This document shows positions 19,609 to 30,573 of a DNA stretch of 64,000 nt, one piece after another. The position numbers and the translations under genes were made by a program. Origin of the DNA: Candidatus Poribacteria bacterium. GTDB taxonomy: Bacteria; Poribacteria; WGA-4E; PCPOR2b. The stretch lies in the NCBI GenBank assembly GCA_965208675.1, contig OZ242351.1:1056001-1120000 (forward strand). Direction: 5' to 3'. The notes under the pieces were generated by a model. The model made no database searches and had not been told where the DNA came from. It worked only from the letters and a program-made list of their open reading frames with translations. Each line of letters begins with the position of its first letter. The stretch's first letter is position 1.

Positions 19609-19633
19609 CGCAAATTCTCCTTATATTAGAAAC

Positions 19634-19780
19634 AGTGGTCAGTAGACAGTGGCTAGTGACCTGTTTGTTAATGACTACTGAATACTCTACGCACCTTTAC
19701 TTAACATAATACAATAGAATTCGCTAGGTGTCAACTCCAAATTTAGAGGTAGTGGGCAGTATCCAGTTGCCAGTGACCTG
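19634..19780. repeat. Two heptamer arrays, each ending AGTGACCTG
   Basis: agtggtc agtagac agtggct agtgacc (19634) and agtgggc agtatcc agttgcc agtgacc (19751). Confidence 0.65.
19706..19734 (-). promoter_or_regulatory. sigma70 promoter for the gene starting at 19608
   Basis: TTGACA-17bp-TATTAT. Confidence 0.65.
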
Positions 19781-20330
19781 TCCATTGCTTTCAGCTTGCA
19801 GGTCTAGCGTGAGCGGTAGCGGCGAAACGCGATAATTATGACGAATGAGACGCGTTCGGTTGAATGCGTTCGTGACTTGTTGGGCGTAGGGAAATTCACC
19901 CCGCAAGAACTAGGAAGAACTCTAAAAACTATCGCCTTCCCTATTCGGTCAGTTGATCCTCCTTATTAAGGAGGGGAATGGATATTGAATGAACCGAAAA
20001 GGATTGTCCGGTGTTGGCGTGAGGTTTAGGACTATCGCACTCGCTATTCAGTCGCTTGAACGTTGGGTTACGATCTGTCATAAAATGGGTACTGAGATCT
20101 TCCAGAAAGGCAGACCTGTTGGATTCATACGATTTCATTTATACTTGACAGTTACAGGAATTCATGAAAGTATGGGAAGGCTTACGATTGAGCGGCGAAT
20201 GTCGGTATACCTGGATCGGCGAGGGTGCTATGCAATCGGTGCGCCTGAATTGAATAGGTTTTCAGAACTAAATTTTGGCGTACCTACGTTAATGTCAAGT
20301 GTTTATATTCTATTTGAAAGAGAAGAGCCA

Positions 20331-23321
20331 ATGCCAGAAACGGATCAACTTTACGTGGCAGTGCCATCGGCAGGAAGACTCCACGAACATACGTTCAACA
20401 TTGAGTTTGGAAAGGTGCTGGCGGAAACAGATGCCCGCTGGCGTGCCCATTTTGATGAATACATTTTGCCAGAACGGTCGGGCACTCTTAGTTCTGGTCG
20501 GGCGGATATCTTAATTGATGACCCGCAAATGCCCGCGGCAGCCATTGAGGCGTCATTTAATCCGGCGGACGCTGATAGGGATGCTGAGGCCAGGCTAGGT
20601 CAGAATACGACACGAGGAGGTAGACCTCTGCTCGCAGTTCTGGCGTTACACATTCCGGAGGAATATTAAGGGCTTTCTGCAGATGCCGTATCCGACAAGC
20701 TAAAGGACGGATCGCAGCAGATTGGGTACGCACTGCATCAAAGCGGGTTGCGTGACGCAGATAATCGTCGGTGGCCCGCTGAAGGATTCATCCAAGGTAC
20801 CGTTCATGATGCGAGCCGCCTGATCGCCGCCTCTGCGATGCCTAATGAAGTGATAAACGCCCGCTCTGAAGAGGTGGCTCAGTTAATAAAGCAGGCGGCG
20901 GAAACGTTGAAATCGAGCCTTCACGAGAACGCACAACGGACAATAGCGGGACAAGTGGGGCAAAACTCTCCATTGGAGGGATTGAGGACTACGATGGTAC
21001 TCTGGTTGAACGCGCTATTAATCCAGCAGCGGCTGCAAGTTCAGGGAGTTAATGGCATTCCACCAGTTCCAACTGTATCGGGTGTCTCTCCGAATCCATC
21101 GGATCAGGTCGAAACGTGGCGGCGAATAATTGAAATCAACTGGCGGTCGATTTTTGAGCCAGCCGTCAACGCGTTAGCGGTTTGCGGCGACTTCCATCGC
21201 GCCGGCACTACCAAAGCTCTCAAACGTTTGATTGACGCGGTAGGTCTGATCGAAGATGCGGATTTGGGGCAACACATAAACGTGGGGGCTGAGTTATTTC
21301 CGAAGCTGGCTTCAGACCGGAAGAAGAGTGCGGCGTTCTATACGCAGCCGGCAACGGCGGAGTTACTTGCGAGTCTGACGATTAGGCAATCGGACAAACC
21401 CGAGTCGGAATGGACGCGGTCAGACTTTTTGCGCCGGTACGTCATCGCGGACTTGGCTTGCGGCACGGGCACGCTGTTACGGGAAGGCTATTTGCGTGTG
21501 CAATCTCTGCATGAATGGGCCGGAGGAACGGCGGAATCTGTCGCAGAACTGCATCGCGGTGCGATGGAACACGGGTTAAGAGGTACCGACATCAGTCCGA
21601 TTGCAGCGCACCTGACCTCATCAAGTCTCGCGAATATCGGAAAGGGTGAAAGTTACAGTGAAACTCAGATTGGTTGGGTAAGGGTTGGCGGTACAACAGC
21701 ACTGACTGGTGCTCTCGAATACCTCGCTAATCAGTTTGCAGAAGATTTGTTTGGGGTAAGTTTCGGCAGGGCTAGCGGTGTTCAAAACGAGGCGACGAGC
21801 GTGAAGATGCATGACGGCAGCGTGGACTGGGTTCTTATGAATCCACCGTATTCTAGAACACGCGGCGGCCAAAGCGCTTTTGATTTGACAAACTTAACGA
21901 AAGAGGATCGGAAGCGATGCCAGAAACGGTGGAAGGAATTGGTTAAGGACGAACCCGCGAGTTTGCGTGCTGGCATGGCTGCATCGTTCCTAGCGCTAGC
22001 CAAACACAAGGTCAAGGCAGGAACAGGTCGAATTGGATTTGTACTGCCCCTCACATGCGCTTTCGCCGATACGTGGACGAAAACGCGTCGAATGATTGAA
22101 GCGGAATTCACGGATATAGTCTTGATTGCGACCGCAAGCGGGGCTTCGCTTAAGCATGAGAGTTTTTCCGCGGACACGGGCATGGAGGAGATGTTATTGG
22201 TCGCAACGCGGCGGGAAAATCCCCAGGAGAGGGTTCGTGCCGTGTTACATTGTGTAACGCTCTATAAGCCTTGCACTAGGAATGGGGAGGCAGGGGAAGT
22301 GGCACGGGCAATCGAGCAAGCGAGGGTGCGGTGCACCACGACCAACATGACACATCCGATTACCGTAGGAGACAGCGAAATTGGGTGTATCACAATGATG
22401 CACGCTAACGGTCAGGGATCGCCGTGGAACATGGTTGGAGTGACACATGGCGGGTTGGCACTAGCCGCCGATGCACTTACACGGGGGACGCTTGACTATG
22501 TTGTGAATACACCAATTCCTTTAGGAACGGAGATGGGAACCATTGAAGAGGTTTTTACTGTCGGACCAACACACGACCTAATTGGTCATCCAAGAAATGG
22601 AGATCCGAGAGGCGCATTCGAATTTCATTCGGTGACGAGCGAGGTTGACGCGATTGGAGCAGATAGGGCGTTATGGGAAGCAAGTTCTAAAAGGCAACGC
22701 TCGCTGCGTGTGTTACCGACTCACAAGGGATTTGCACCCCCGGGGGTAGGGACACCGGATCAGCGCGCACAGATGAGATTGTATGCCAGCACATTGTTTT
22801 ATGCGCGTAATATCAGGTGGACGAGCCAGGCGCTATTGTCCGCATCAACCGAGCAACCCGTACTTGGCGGACGTGCATGGACTGCGCTCATACATGAGGA
22901 TGTGCGAGTGCGGAAGGCGTTTGCGCTGTGGTGGAACTCCACTCTTGGAATGATTGTGCACTGGACACAGGGGCAACGGACGCAAAACGGACGCTCGACG
23001 ACGCAGATTGGTGCGCTGAAGAAGATTCCCTGTCCGCGCCTAGACAGACTCGCGGAGGCGGTCCTCGAAATGGCAGCCGCCCGATTTGATGATTTGTCTA
23101 ACCAAGAGTTGCTTCCGGCAAAAAATGCGGTCGAGGACCCTGTGCGGGCGCAGATTGACGCTGCGGTGACGAATATGTTTGAGATTCATAAAGCACAGTC
23201 TGTCTCAGAAGAAGTAATGCCGTTACAGAGCGTTCCAGATTCGGGCATCAGAAATGCTGTTGAAATCTTGCGGCAGTTATGGTGCGCAGAGCCATCCGTG
23301 TACGGTCAGAGAATGTCGTAG
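20331..23321 (+). pseudogene. Type IIG-like fused restriction endonuclease/N6-methyltransferase with one in-frame TAA at 20667-20669
   Basis: PD-(D/E)xK-like GRADILI...IEAS; MTase motifs AFYTQP, DLACGTGTLL, MNPPY, FSADT; ORFs 19989..20669 and 20748..23321 share a frame. Confidence 0.8.
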
Positions 23322-23324
23322 ATT

Positions 23325-23520
23325 TTGTAGGTGGGGTAGAAATCAACGCAGTGGATAGCGAAGGCGATAGTATTTGCCGACCCATAAAATATCGCACTCC
23401 CTGCGTGGTCGATTGATTGTTGGGTTTCATTACATGCATATCGCTAACTGTTTTGATTCATATGCTGCGCTAATCTCACCCTAAAGACGGTCTTTGAATT
23501 ACCCGTTCAATCCACCCTTC
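23325..23520. repeat. Degenerate GTAG-type REP doublet containing CTATCGC motifs
   Basis: tgtaggtggggtaga ... gttgggtttca ... tcaatccacc. Confidence 0.45.
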
Positions 23521-23569
23521 AAAAACTAACTGTTGATATTTAAAGACCGAATGCAAAGAAGAAAATTGA

Positions 23570-24526
23570 ATGAATGAAGGAAAACTGAATTTGGAAGTTG
23601 GACCTTTGCGGGAGGAAGATCCGCCTGGATTCAAAATTGAATCTTTGACATCTTATTTTGAAAAGCCGTCATATACAGTGGTAATCCGCACCCTGGATTG
23701 GAAACAATTCCCTTTTCCCTTCCACACTAACCCTCCAATTTCAGAAATACAAAGCGTAACCAAATATTCTGAGGAGCAGAATTCTCCTGTTTCAGCGACA
23801 CCGACAGATTATATAAAATTGGGAACCCCGTTGCATTACAAATCTTCCAATTCCAAGAATAACTCGGAGTTAATGGCTGACGACAGAGAAAGCGCGTACG
23901 CTGAGAATCTGGATTGGGGAAGGGTTGGGAGTCCAGCGATGGAGAGCATGAAAAAGCACGCAAAGTCAACTTTTTATGGCGTGGCGAATAATTTTCAACT
24001 GGATATAACATGGGTTAATCATAACGTCTTTATGTATTGTACTTCAACTACACCTAACACTAGCTATGAGAGAAAATTGCAACGCGAGTGCTTATCTCCG
24101 GATTACAATTTCGGGACACGCATCGCAAGTCCATCTTGTTTCGCCGCACAACTCGGTTATGAGTTCGGCAAACAAGTTGACTTCGAGAAAAACCTGAAAT
24201 CCGATCCCCCGGGCTGGCACTTGATTAACGCTTACTTCCGACGACAATCCAAGTGCTTAGGTGAGTATCTCATCCATGTAGATCATGGTCCGGTATGCTA
24301 TTTGCCGGAAGAAAAAATCGAGAGAACGATGAATCAGGTATTTGATTCAGATTCTGATAATATCTTACCATTTTTAAAAAGGACAGAATACCAAGGGCAG
24401 CAGGAGTACAGGTTTGTAATCAGCGTTCAGTTTCAAAGAATTGCCAACCATAAGGATGAAAAAAATCAAACCTTCTTCCTGAAGGTATCAGGCAAGCTCA
24501 GGAACCTTATGACTCCATTGACTTGA
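23570..24526 (+). CDS. Hypothetical protein, possible ADP-ribosyltransferase-like fold
   Basis: AT-richer 318-aa ORF; IKLGT, FMYCTS, HGPVCY and KRTEYQGQQEYRF motifs. Confidence 0.7.
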   Translation: MNEGKLNLEVGPLREEDPPGFKIESLTSYFEKPSYTVVIRTLDWKQFPFPFHTNPPISEIQSVTKYSEEQNSPVSATPTDYIKLGTPLHYKSSNSKNNSELMADDRESAYAENLDWGRVGSPAMESMKKHAKSTFYGVANNFQLDITWVNHNVFMYCTSTTPNTSYERKLQRECLSPDYNFGTRIASPSCFAAQLGYEFGKQVDFEKNLKSDPPGWHLINAYFRRQSKCLGEYLIHVDHGPVCYLPEEKIERTMNQVFDSDSDNILPFLKRTEYQGQQEYRFVISVQFQRIANHKDEKNQTFFLKVSGKLRNLMTPLT

Positions 24527-24616
24527 GGGTAGAAGTAACTTTATTCGAGCGCACAGTTAGAAAAATAAGAGGGCATTTGATTGGCGCCGTTTGCACTTAA
24601 TAATGGACAACGCCAT

Positions 24617-24893
24617 AGCTCTTGTGGGATGGGTTGAGCGGGTAATTCGGCAATCAATTCTAAGGTAAGATTCGTCTAGAGGGTTTAACACCGCACTTAG
24701 CGAAATGCGTTTAGCGAAAACCAACGCTTTTGGTAATTGCGGCAATTATCCTACAATGGAGTCCGTTCGGATTTACGAAAAGCGTTCGGTTACGCTACAT
24801 CATTCGCGTAATTAAACAATCTGAACAATACGAACGACTATTAAAATATTGTGTGCTTTTTACCGTGTCCGCTCTACCCAACCTACAAGAGCT
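24617..24893. repeat. REP doublet (outer and inner inverted repeats)
   Basis: agctcttgtgggatgggttgagcgg / ccgctctacccaacctacaagagct; inner ccaacgcttt / aaagcgttcgg. Confidence 0.75.
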
Positions 24894-25007
24894 TGTCAAC
24901 ACTAGACGTATAGCGTACCGCTGGCAATCGGAATTCTCTCTTACTAAAATTCAACCCCTTGTAGGACCAATCTCCGAATCGCGGCACTTAATCCCGCAAT
25001 CTCAGCC

Positions 25008-25245
25008 TTTGTAAGTTGGGTAGACCGGCAAATAACAAAACCGTTCTGATTGCATTAACCGTGCAGGACGCGAAACAACCCGGATTGCCAATTAGGTGCA
25101 GCAAAACCCAACGCTTTTCTGCCGTCTAGAGATTTCAAAAGCGTTGGGTTTCGCTACCCACTACCAATGCTTGAACGCAGTCAACACACCAAACTTATGC
25201 CTCATAATCCACATGTTGCAACAATCCCGCTCTACCCAACCTAAA
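25008..25245. repeat. REP doublet
   Basis: gtaagttgggtagaccgg / ccgctctacccaaccta; inner aaacccaacgctttt / aaaagcgttgggttt. Confidence 0.75.
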
Positions 25246-25355
25246 AGAGCGAGGAAGAACTATCGCGCTCCTTGTTCAGTCGCTTGATCCTTCGCTATTC
25301 GGTCAGTTAATCGATTCGGAGATTGCTGCGACAGAATTTAATATGGGGATAGTGA

Positions 25356-25775
25356 TTACTGGGGTGGGGGGCGGCGGAGAGATTTGGGACGTCCGAGGAT
25401 TTCGGACAGGATTATGCCCTGGCGCACAGTCTGTGACGACAGGGAAATGCCAGCGATGGTGTCCACGTGCGGTAACTGCGCGCCGGCAGCGCGGTCCACC
25501 TCGCTTGGAGGGATTTCAGACTCGTCGGCAGAATCTTCATCGTGGGATGGTGTTTCCTCCGGCGTGGGCGGCGGTTCTTCGGTCTGCGCATGCGGCGCGG
25601 GCTGAAATTCTTCTTCCAATGGGTCGAGATTGCCCCAAGGCGGCAGAAAAACGCCATCTTCATCCTCAAGTACCTCATCGGGTTCTGACCGTTGGCGATT
25701 TTGCCTCCGCACCGCACTCACCAGCGCTATCAAGGCGAATATTACGAAAGGAATGTATTGAATCAATTCTTCCAT
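25356..25775 (-). CDS. YqfB-like small membrane protein of the floA operon
   Basis: N-terminal TM, acidic/Pro linker, C-terminal RQGIILSEILGRPKSLR; last gene of the operon. Confidence 0.75.
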   Translation of the reverse strand: MEELIQYIPFVIFALIALVSAVRRQNRQRSEPDEVLEDEDGVFLPPWGNLDPLEEEFQPAPHAQTEEPPPTPEETPSHDEDSADESEIPPSEVDRAAGAQLPHVDTIAGISLSSQTVRQGIILSEILGRPKSLRRPPPQ

Positions 25776-25791
25776 TGACTTTTGCCTCGTT

Positions 25792-25822
25792 TAATGCGTA
25801 ATACGTAATGCGTAATGCGTAA
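25792..25822. repeat. (TAATGCG)n heptamer tandem repeat, ~4 copies
   Basis: taatgcg taatacg taatgcg taatgcg taa. Confidence 0.85.
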
Positions 25823-25986
25823 GGATTTGATTAGGTCGACAAAACTCTACACATCGGCACTCAATCTTAAGGCCATCAAAAAATTGGGCTGAACCGCCCA
25901 AAGACTATCGCCTTCCGTGGGGATTTAGCGGGTTCCACAATCGTTCGGTTGACTTGGCACGCCAAAATGTCAACACGCCTCGGGCT

Positions 25987-27012
25987 TTACGAAACTCCCA
26001 GTGAATGGGATGACCGCGTTGTGTCACGATCGCCGCCCGGAACGGCGATGGATTGGCGCATCTCCGTGTCCGCAATGATGTTTCGGAGATTGTAGTAATC
26101 CATAACATTCATCCGGCTAGAAGTGAATGCGTCCGCAATACCGCGAGGCACTTCGGCTTCAGCCTCAATAAGTCCGACTGTCATCTCTTCGACGAGGGCT
26201 TTGTTTTCTTCTTCTTCCGCCTGCGCTCTCGCACGCCGTTCTTCGGCTTTAGCCCGAGCAATCTTTAATTCCGCTTGTGCTTGGTCTGTCTGCAATTTCG
26301 CCCCGACATTTTCGCCGACATTAATGTCCGCAATGTCAATGGACAAAATCTCGAATGCGGTGCCGGCTGATAACCCTTTCTCAAGGACCGTCTCTGAAAT
26401 TCGTACGGGATTTTCCAAGACCTGCTTATGGCTGGTTGCCGATCCGATTGTCGTGATGATGCCCTCACCGACTCTGGCAATAATTGTCTCTTCCCCAGCA
26501 CCGCCAACAAGCCGATCGATATTTGCTCTGACCGTCACCCTCGCCTTAACAACGAGCTGAATACCATCACGCGCAACCGCGGTGATGCCAACCCTATCGT
26601 CTCCTTTTGCAGGGATATCAATAATCTCCGGTGTGACGCTTACCTGCACGGCTTGCAGCACATCGCGCCCAGCAAGGTCGATAGCGGCTGCCCGCGCAAA
26701 GCCAAGGGTGATGTTAGCTTTATCCGCGGCGATGAGTGCGGCAACCACGCTTGCGACGTTCCCCCCTGCGAGGTAATGTGCTTCGAGATTATCGAGTGAA
26801 AGGTTTAGTCCGGCTTTCGTCGCATTTATTTGCGGGTCAATTATGCCTTTTGGCGGCACGCGGCGCAACCGCATAGCAATTAACGAAAAGATTCCAACGC
26901 GGACGTTTGCGGCGATGGCAGTAATCCATAATCGGACTGGGATGAAGGAAATCAGAAAAATGAAACCTATGACTACGACAACAGCAAGAAGGATAATTGG
27001 CAAGGTCAGCAT
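25987..27012 (-). CDS. floA: Flotillin-like protein FloA (YqfA family), copy 2
   Basis: [62 protein letters not shown]. Confidence 0.93.
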   Translation of the reverse strand: MLTLPIILLAVVVVIGFIFLISFIPVRLWITAIAANVRVGIFSLIAMRLRRVPPKGIIDPQINATKAGLNLSLDNLEAHYLAGGNVASVVAALIAADKANITLGFARAAAIDLAGRDVLQAVQVSVTPEIIDIPAKGDDRVGITAVARDGIQLVVKARVTVRANIDRLVGGAGEETIIARVGEGIITTIGSATSHKQVLENPVRISETVLEKGLSAGTAFEILSIDIADINVGENVGAKLQTDQAQAELKIARAKAEERRARAQAEEEENKALVEEMTVGLIEAEAEVPRGIADAFTSSRMNVMDYYNLRNIIADTEMRQSIAVPGGDRDTTRSSHSLGVS

Positions 27013-27032
27013 TTGTAAAGTCTCCTATAGAT

Positions 27033-27935
27033 TTACGACGTTAAGTTTCCTTCTCTGAACGCTGCGGCGACAGCGCGAGGGACGGACGCTTCAGCTTCAA
27101 CCACTCTTGCCCGCCTATCTTGGACATTCGCGGTCATCTCTTGCTTACGTGCGACGGCCATAGCACGGCGCTCCTCGGCTTTCGCTTGGGCAACAACAAG
27201 ATCGGCTTCAGCCTGCTCTGCCTGCAGTTCCGCACCGATATTTTTTCCAACGTTTACATCGGCGATATCAATAGAAAGAATTTCATATGCGGTGCCTGCA
27301 TCTAGCCCGCGGTCGAGCACAGTCTTGGAAATAATATCGGGGTTTTCGAGGACATCTTCGTAGGTGTCTGATGCGCCGATTGCGCTGATAATGCCCTCAC
27401 CGACGCGTGCGAGAATTGTCTCCTCACCCGCACCGCCAACGAGGCGGTTAATATTTGCCCTGACGGTGATGCGAACGGTAGCAATGAGTTCAACTCCGTC
27501 GAGAGCAACCGCACTGATCCTAGTCGTTGTGATAACGCGCGGATTTACACTCACCTGCACAGCATCAAGTACATCGCGCCCCGCTAAATCAATGGCTGCA
27601 GCGCGTTGAAAATTAAGGTCAATCTTTGCTTTATCCGCGGCAATTAATGCATTCACGACTCGCAGAACGTTACCACCTGCTAGATAGTGCGCCTCTAATT
27701 CAGGGGTAATAACTGTCAGTCCTGCTTTAGTCGCACTAACCTGTCCATTTACAATTACATTGGGGTTCACGCGACGTAAGCGCATCCCCACCAGATCGCT
27801 GACGATGCGAATACGCACACCCGCCGCCCGGGCGGCGATCCAAAGTCCAACCGGCACGAAGTAAAAAAAGATGAACAAAAAAAACAGAATTACTACGGCG
27901 AAAATTGCGATAGGCAATTGTCCCAATTCTTCCAT
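27033..27935 (-). CDS. floA: Flotillin-like protein FloA (YqfA family), copy 1, shorter C-terminus
   Basis: Same motifs; ends at AFREGNLTS without the DYY..N..ADT tail. Confidence 0.92.
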   Translation of the reverse strand: MEELGQLPIAIFAVVILFFLFIFFYFVPVGLWIAARAAGVRIRIVSDLVGMRLRRVNPNVIVNGQVSATKAGLTVITPELEAHYLAGGNVLRVVNALIAADKAKIDLNFQRAAAIDLAGRDVLDAVQVSVNPRVITTTRISAVALDGVELIATVRITVRANINRLVGGAGEETILARVGEGIISAIGASDTYEDVLENPDIISKTVLDRGLDAGTAYEILSIDIADVNVGKNIGAELQAEQAEADLVVAQAKAEERRAMAVARKQEMTANVQDRRARVVEAEASVPRAVAAAFREGNLTS

Positions 27936-28069
27936 GTCGAATCTCCTTACAATTACCGATGGCGCCACTTAGCGCTGGATTTAACTACTCAAATCCGGAA
28001 TTCTCACACTGTGTTTTTGGACTCGATAACCCACACGCAGAATAGATTGCCAAAGGATATTCACATCAT

Positions 28070-28552
28070 TCAAAAACTGCGGACTACAACTCGGTTGCTC
28101 TCAACAACAATCACTTCCACTTCTGCATCAGTCTCGATGAATTCTCCACTTGTTACAACATCTACTCTGTGACCGTCAATTAAAGCTGCACCGGCTGGCC
28201 TTAGCGGCGTAATCGCACGACCGGATTTCCCAACAAGATTACCCAGACTCTCAGACGGCGCTTGAAAACCATCGGCGCTCTTTTGAGCGGTGTCAAGAAT
28301 AAAAGTCTTGCCGAGTCTCGTGCGAGGGGCAAGCCACAGCCCAAATATTGCAATCGGAATAGTCACGATGACGACGCCGCCAGCGTACATCAATGCCGTT
28401 TCCCAGCCTGCGGATAACCACACGCTCGCCACACCAATGGAAATTAATACAATTCCCGGTATACCTGCAGCGCCAAAACCGGGGAGCAAGATAATTTCAA
28501 TGAATACCAACAAAAGACCTAAACCGATGAGGAAGATGGGCAACCAAGACAT
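28070..28552 (-). CDS. Short NfeD family protein (TM + OB fold)
   Basis: EIILLPGFG, GKSGRAITPLRPAG and VDVVTSGEFI motifs. Confidence 0.9.
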   Translation of the reverse strand: MSWLPIFLIGLGLLLVFIEIILLPGFGAAGIPGIVLISIGVASVWLSAGWETALMYAGGVVIVTIPIAIFGLWLAPRTRLGKTFILDTAQKSADGFQAPSESLGNLVGKSGRAITPLRPAGAALIDGHRVDVVTSGEFIETDAEVEVIVVESNRVVVRSF

Positions 28553-28710
28553 GGGAATATGTAACACCTAATGCGAAAATTTTAAGGTTTATCCAATTGA
28601 ACGCTCAAGGCATTTTATTAGGTACACTCCGTGTACCATCGCGACACATATCGTTTTAAAACCCGATGTCAGCATTGTGACGCGGGTTACGGTTACTATT
28701 ATGTTTTTTA

Positions 28711-30240
28711 TCAGGTTTTGTCTATTCCTTCAACGAATATTTTGGAACCTTCAACGTCAACAATCTTTACGGACGCTTCCGCATCAACAAAATCTCCCAC
28801 GGTTACAACATCGAGCCTTTTGTTTTCAAGGCGAACGGTTCCAGACGGACGCAGCGGCGTAAGGGCGGTTGCGGTTTTGCCGAGATAGCTCTGAAAATCT
28901 TCCCTTGACGCGGAATGATAACCCAGTTCCGAATCCATGGCTGTTTCCAAAACAAAACGGTTCCAGGTACGCGTTTTGGGCAAGAGGTAAGCCAGAATTA
29001 TGGAGAATCCGAATGTCATTATAACCGACACAGAAAGCCAGAGGATTGCATCCTCAATTTCGTAAGCATTTTTGAATATATATAAGACGCTGCCGAACAT
29101 AAAAGCGATGCCCGCGATTCCTGCGACGCCAAATCCCGGAATGACAAAAATTTCTAACAACAACAATCCAATGCCGAGAACAAATGCAGTTGCAGCCCAT
29201 TCCGCTTTAATTTGAAGAAGCATATGACCACCGAAAAACAGACCGATACATAGTAGTCCAAGTACGCCGGGGACACCGAACCCGGGCGTCCGAAATTCCA
29301 CAAATAGCCCAAGTGCGCCTAATGAAAGTAGGATTGAGCTCGCCCAAGGACTCGTGAGAAAGAAAACAACCCTATCTGCCAGCGTTACCGAGACTTCTTC
29401 GATGATACTCTCTTTGAGCGATTTGATTTCTTTCACGTTATCGGAACCGAGTTCTGTCTGTTTCTGTAATATTGCTTCTTGAGTCAATGCCAAGCTGGTT
29501 CCGTTTATGTCGACTATCTTGTACAACGCCAACAGTTCTTCAACGGACTCTGCTTGTGCATCAGCCAAGTCGTACCGCGATGCTTCCTCCGCGGTGAGTG
29601 TCAACAGTTCACCGTCATCACCGCCAGCCACGATGACTTCCAGCTGCTCTCCAGCGGCTTTTCGTTCGTCATACTTGGCAGGTCTAATAGCCTCAATTTC
29701 TCCATTTTCCCCTCTGACGAGATAGAGCCGCTTATCCACCATTGCCGCGGCGACACCTGTATTCCTGCCTTGACGTTCCGCTGTTGATTTAATGGTGCCC
29801 CGGATGTACGAAACCGCTTTCTCACCGAGCGCTTCTCCTTGCATGGTAACGGGTGCAGCGTCGCCAATTGTTCCTCCGGATGTAATTACAATCTGGTCAC
29901 ATGCAAGTGAAATGAGCGCTCCCGCCGAGATAGCCTGCCGATTCACATAGGCGATTGTCGGAATCATAGTTTCCTGGATTGAGCGGACGATTTCAACAGC
30001 CGCATCTACACGGCCGCCGGGGGTGTCAATATCAAAAATTATCGCGTCGGCATTGACTTTCTCGCTCTCACGAATGCCGTTATTGATGTAGACGCTTAAA
30101 CCTCTGCCTATTTCAGTTCGTATACTGATGATGTAGACATACGCGTCGTCCTCTAAGGCAATTAGCGCGGAAATTGACAACAAACCTGCCAACATAATGA
30201 GAATGTAGGCGGCGATGCGCGTTTTTCGCTTGGTTTTCAT
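28711..30240 (-). CDS. Long NfeD (ClpP-like serine protease + TM + OB fold; YqeZ-like)
   Basis: IDTPGGRVD, AISAGALISLA, IGDAAPV, EKAVSY and TPLRPSG motifs. Confidence 0.92.
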   Translation of the reverse strand: MKTKRKTRIAAYILIMLAGLLSISALIALEDDAYVYIISIRTEIGRGLSVYINNGIRESEKVNADAIIFDIDTPGGRVDAAVEIVRSIQETMIPTIAYVNRQAISAGALISLACDQIVITSGGTIGDAAPVTMQGEALGEKAVSYIRGTIKSTAERQGRNTGVAAAMVDKRLYLVRGENGEIEAIRPAKYDERKAAGEQLEVIVAGGDDGELLTLTAEEASRYDLADAQAESVEELLALYKIVDINGTSLALTQEAILQKQTELGSDNVKEIKSLKESIIEEVSVTLADRVVFFLTSPWASSILLSLGALGLFVEFRTPGFGVPGVLGLLCIGLFFGGHMLLQIKAEWAATAFVLGIGLLLLEIFVIPGFGVAGIAGIAFMFGSVLYIFKNAYEIEDAILWLSVSVIMTFGFSIILAYLLPKTRTWNRFVLETAMDSELGYHSASREDFQSYLGKTATALTPLRPSGTVRLENKRLDVVTVGDFVDAEASVKIVDVEGSKIFVEGIDKT

Positions 30241-30266
30241 ATCTAACACCTGCTTTCCCCGATGGT

Positions 30267-30295
30267 ATTATATCTTTGGCGCGTGATGTTGTCAA
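30267..30295 (-). promoter_or_regulatory. Consensus sigma70 promoter of the nfeD-floA operon
   Basis: TTGACA-17bp-TATAAT. Confidence 0.8.
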
Positions 30296-30573
30296 GCGTT
30301 TTGAGAAGCGAAATTCTCAGAATTCATACCAATTGCTCCGCATATTCCGACCGGATGACCATGCTCAAACAGGAAACAACACCTCCTTAAAATTCACGAG
30401 AGTTTTTTTGTTTAAAGCGGACGATGTGTGTTATAATTAGGCAGTGCCGTTAGCGCTTTTATTCACAGCAATATTGAGTTGCACAATATACAGCGAGGCA
30501 ATACACCGTCAGGGTTTTTCACCGCGCTAACGGCTTAACGCCGAATGTCTGCAATGCAGGAGTTCCCGCTGAT

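Noticed and set aside
19989-20330. Coding 5' part of the 226-aa ORF
   Set aside because: Runs through repeat DNA; a plausible start is ATG 20331.
15463-24526. Intact prophage or satellite
   Set aside because: No integrase, att repeats, replication or structural genes recognisable; only the terminase pair is phage-like.
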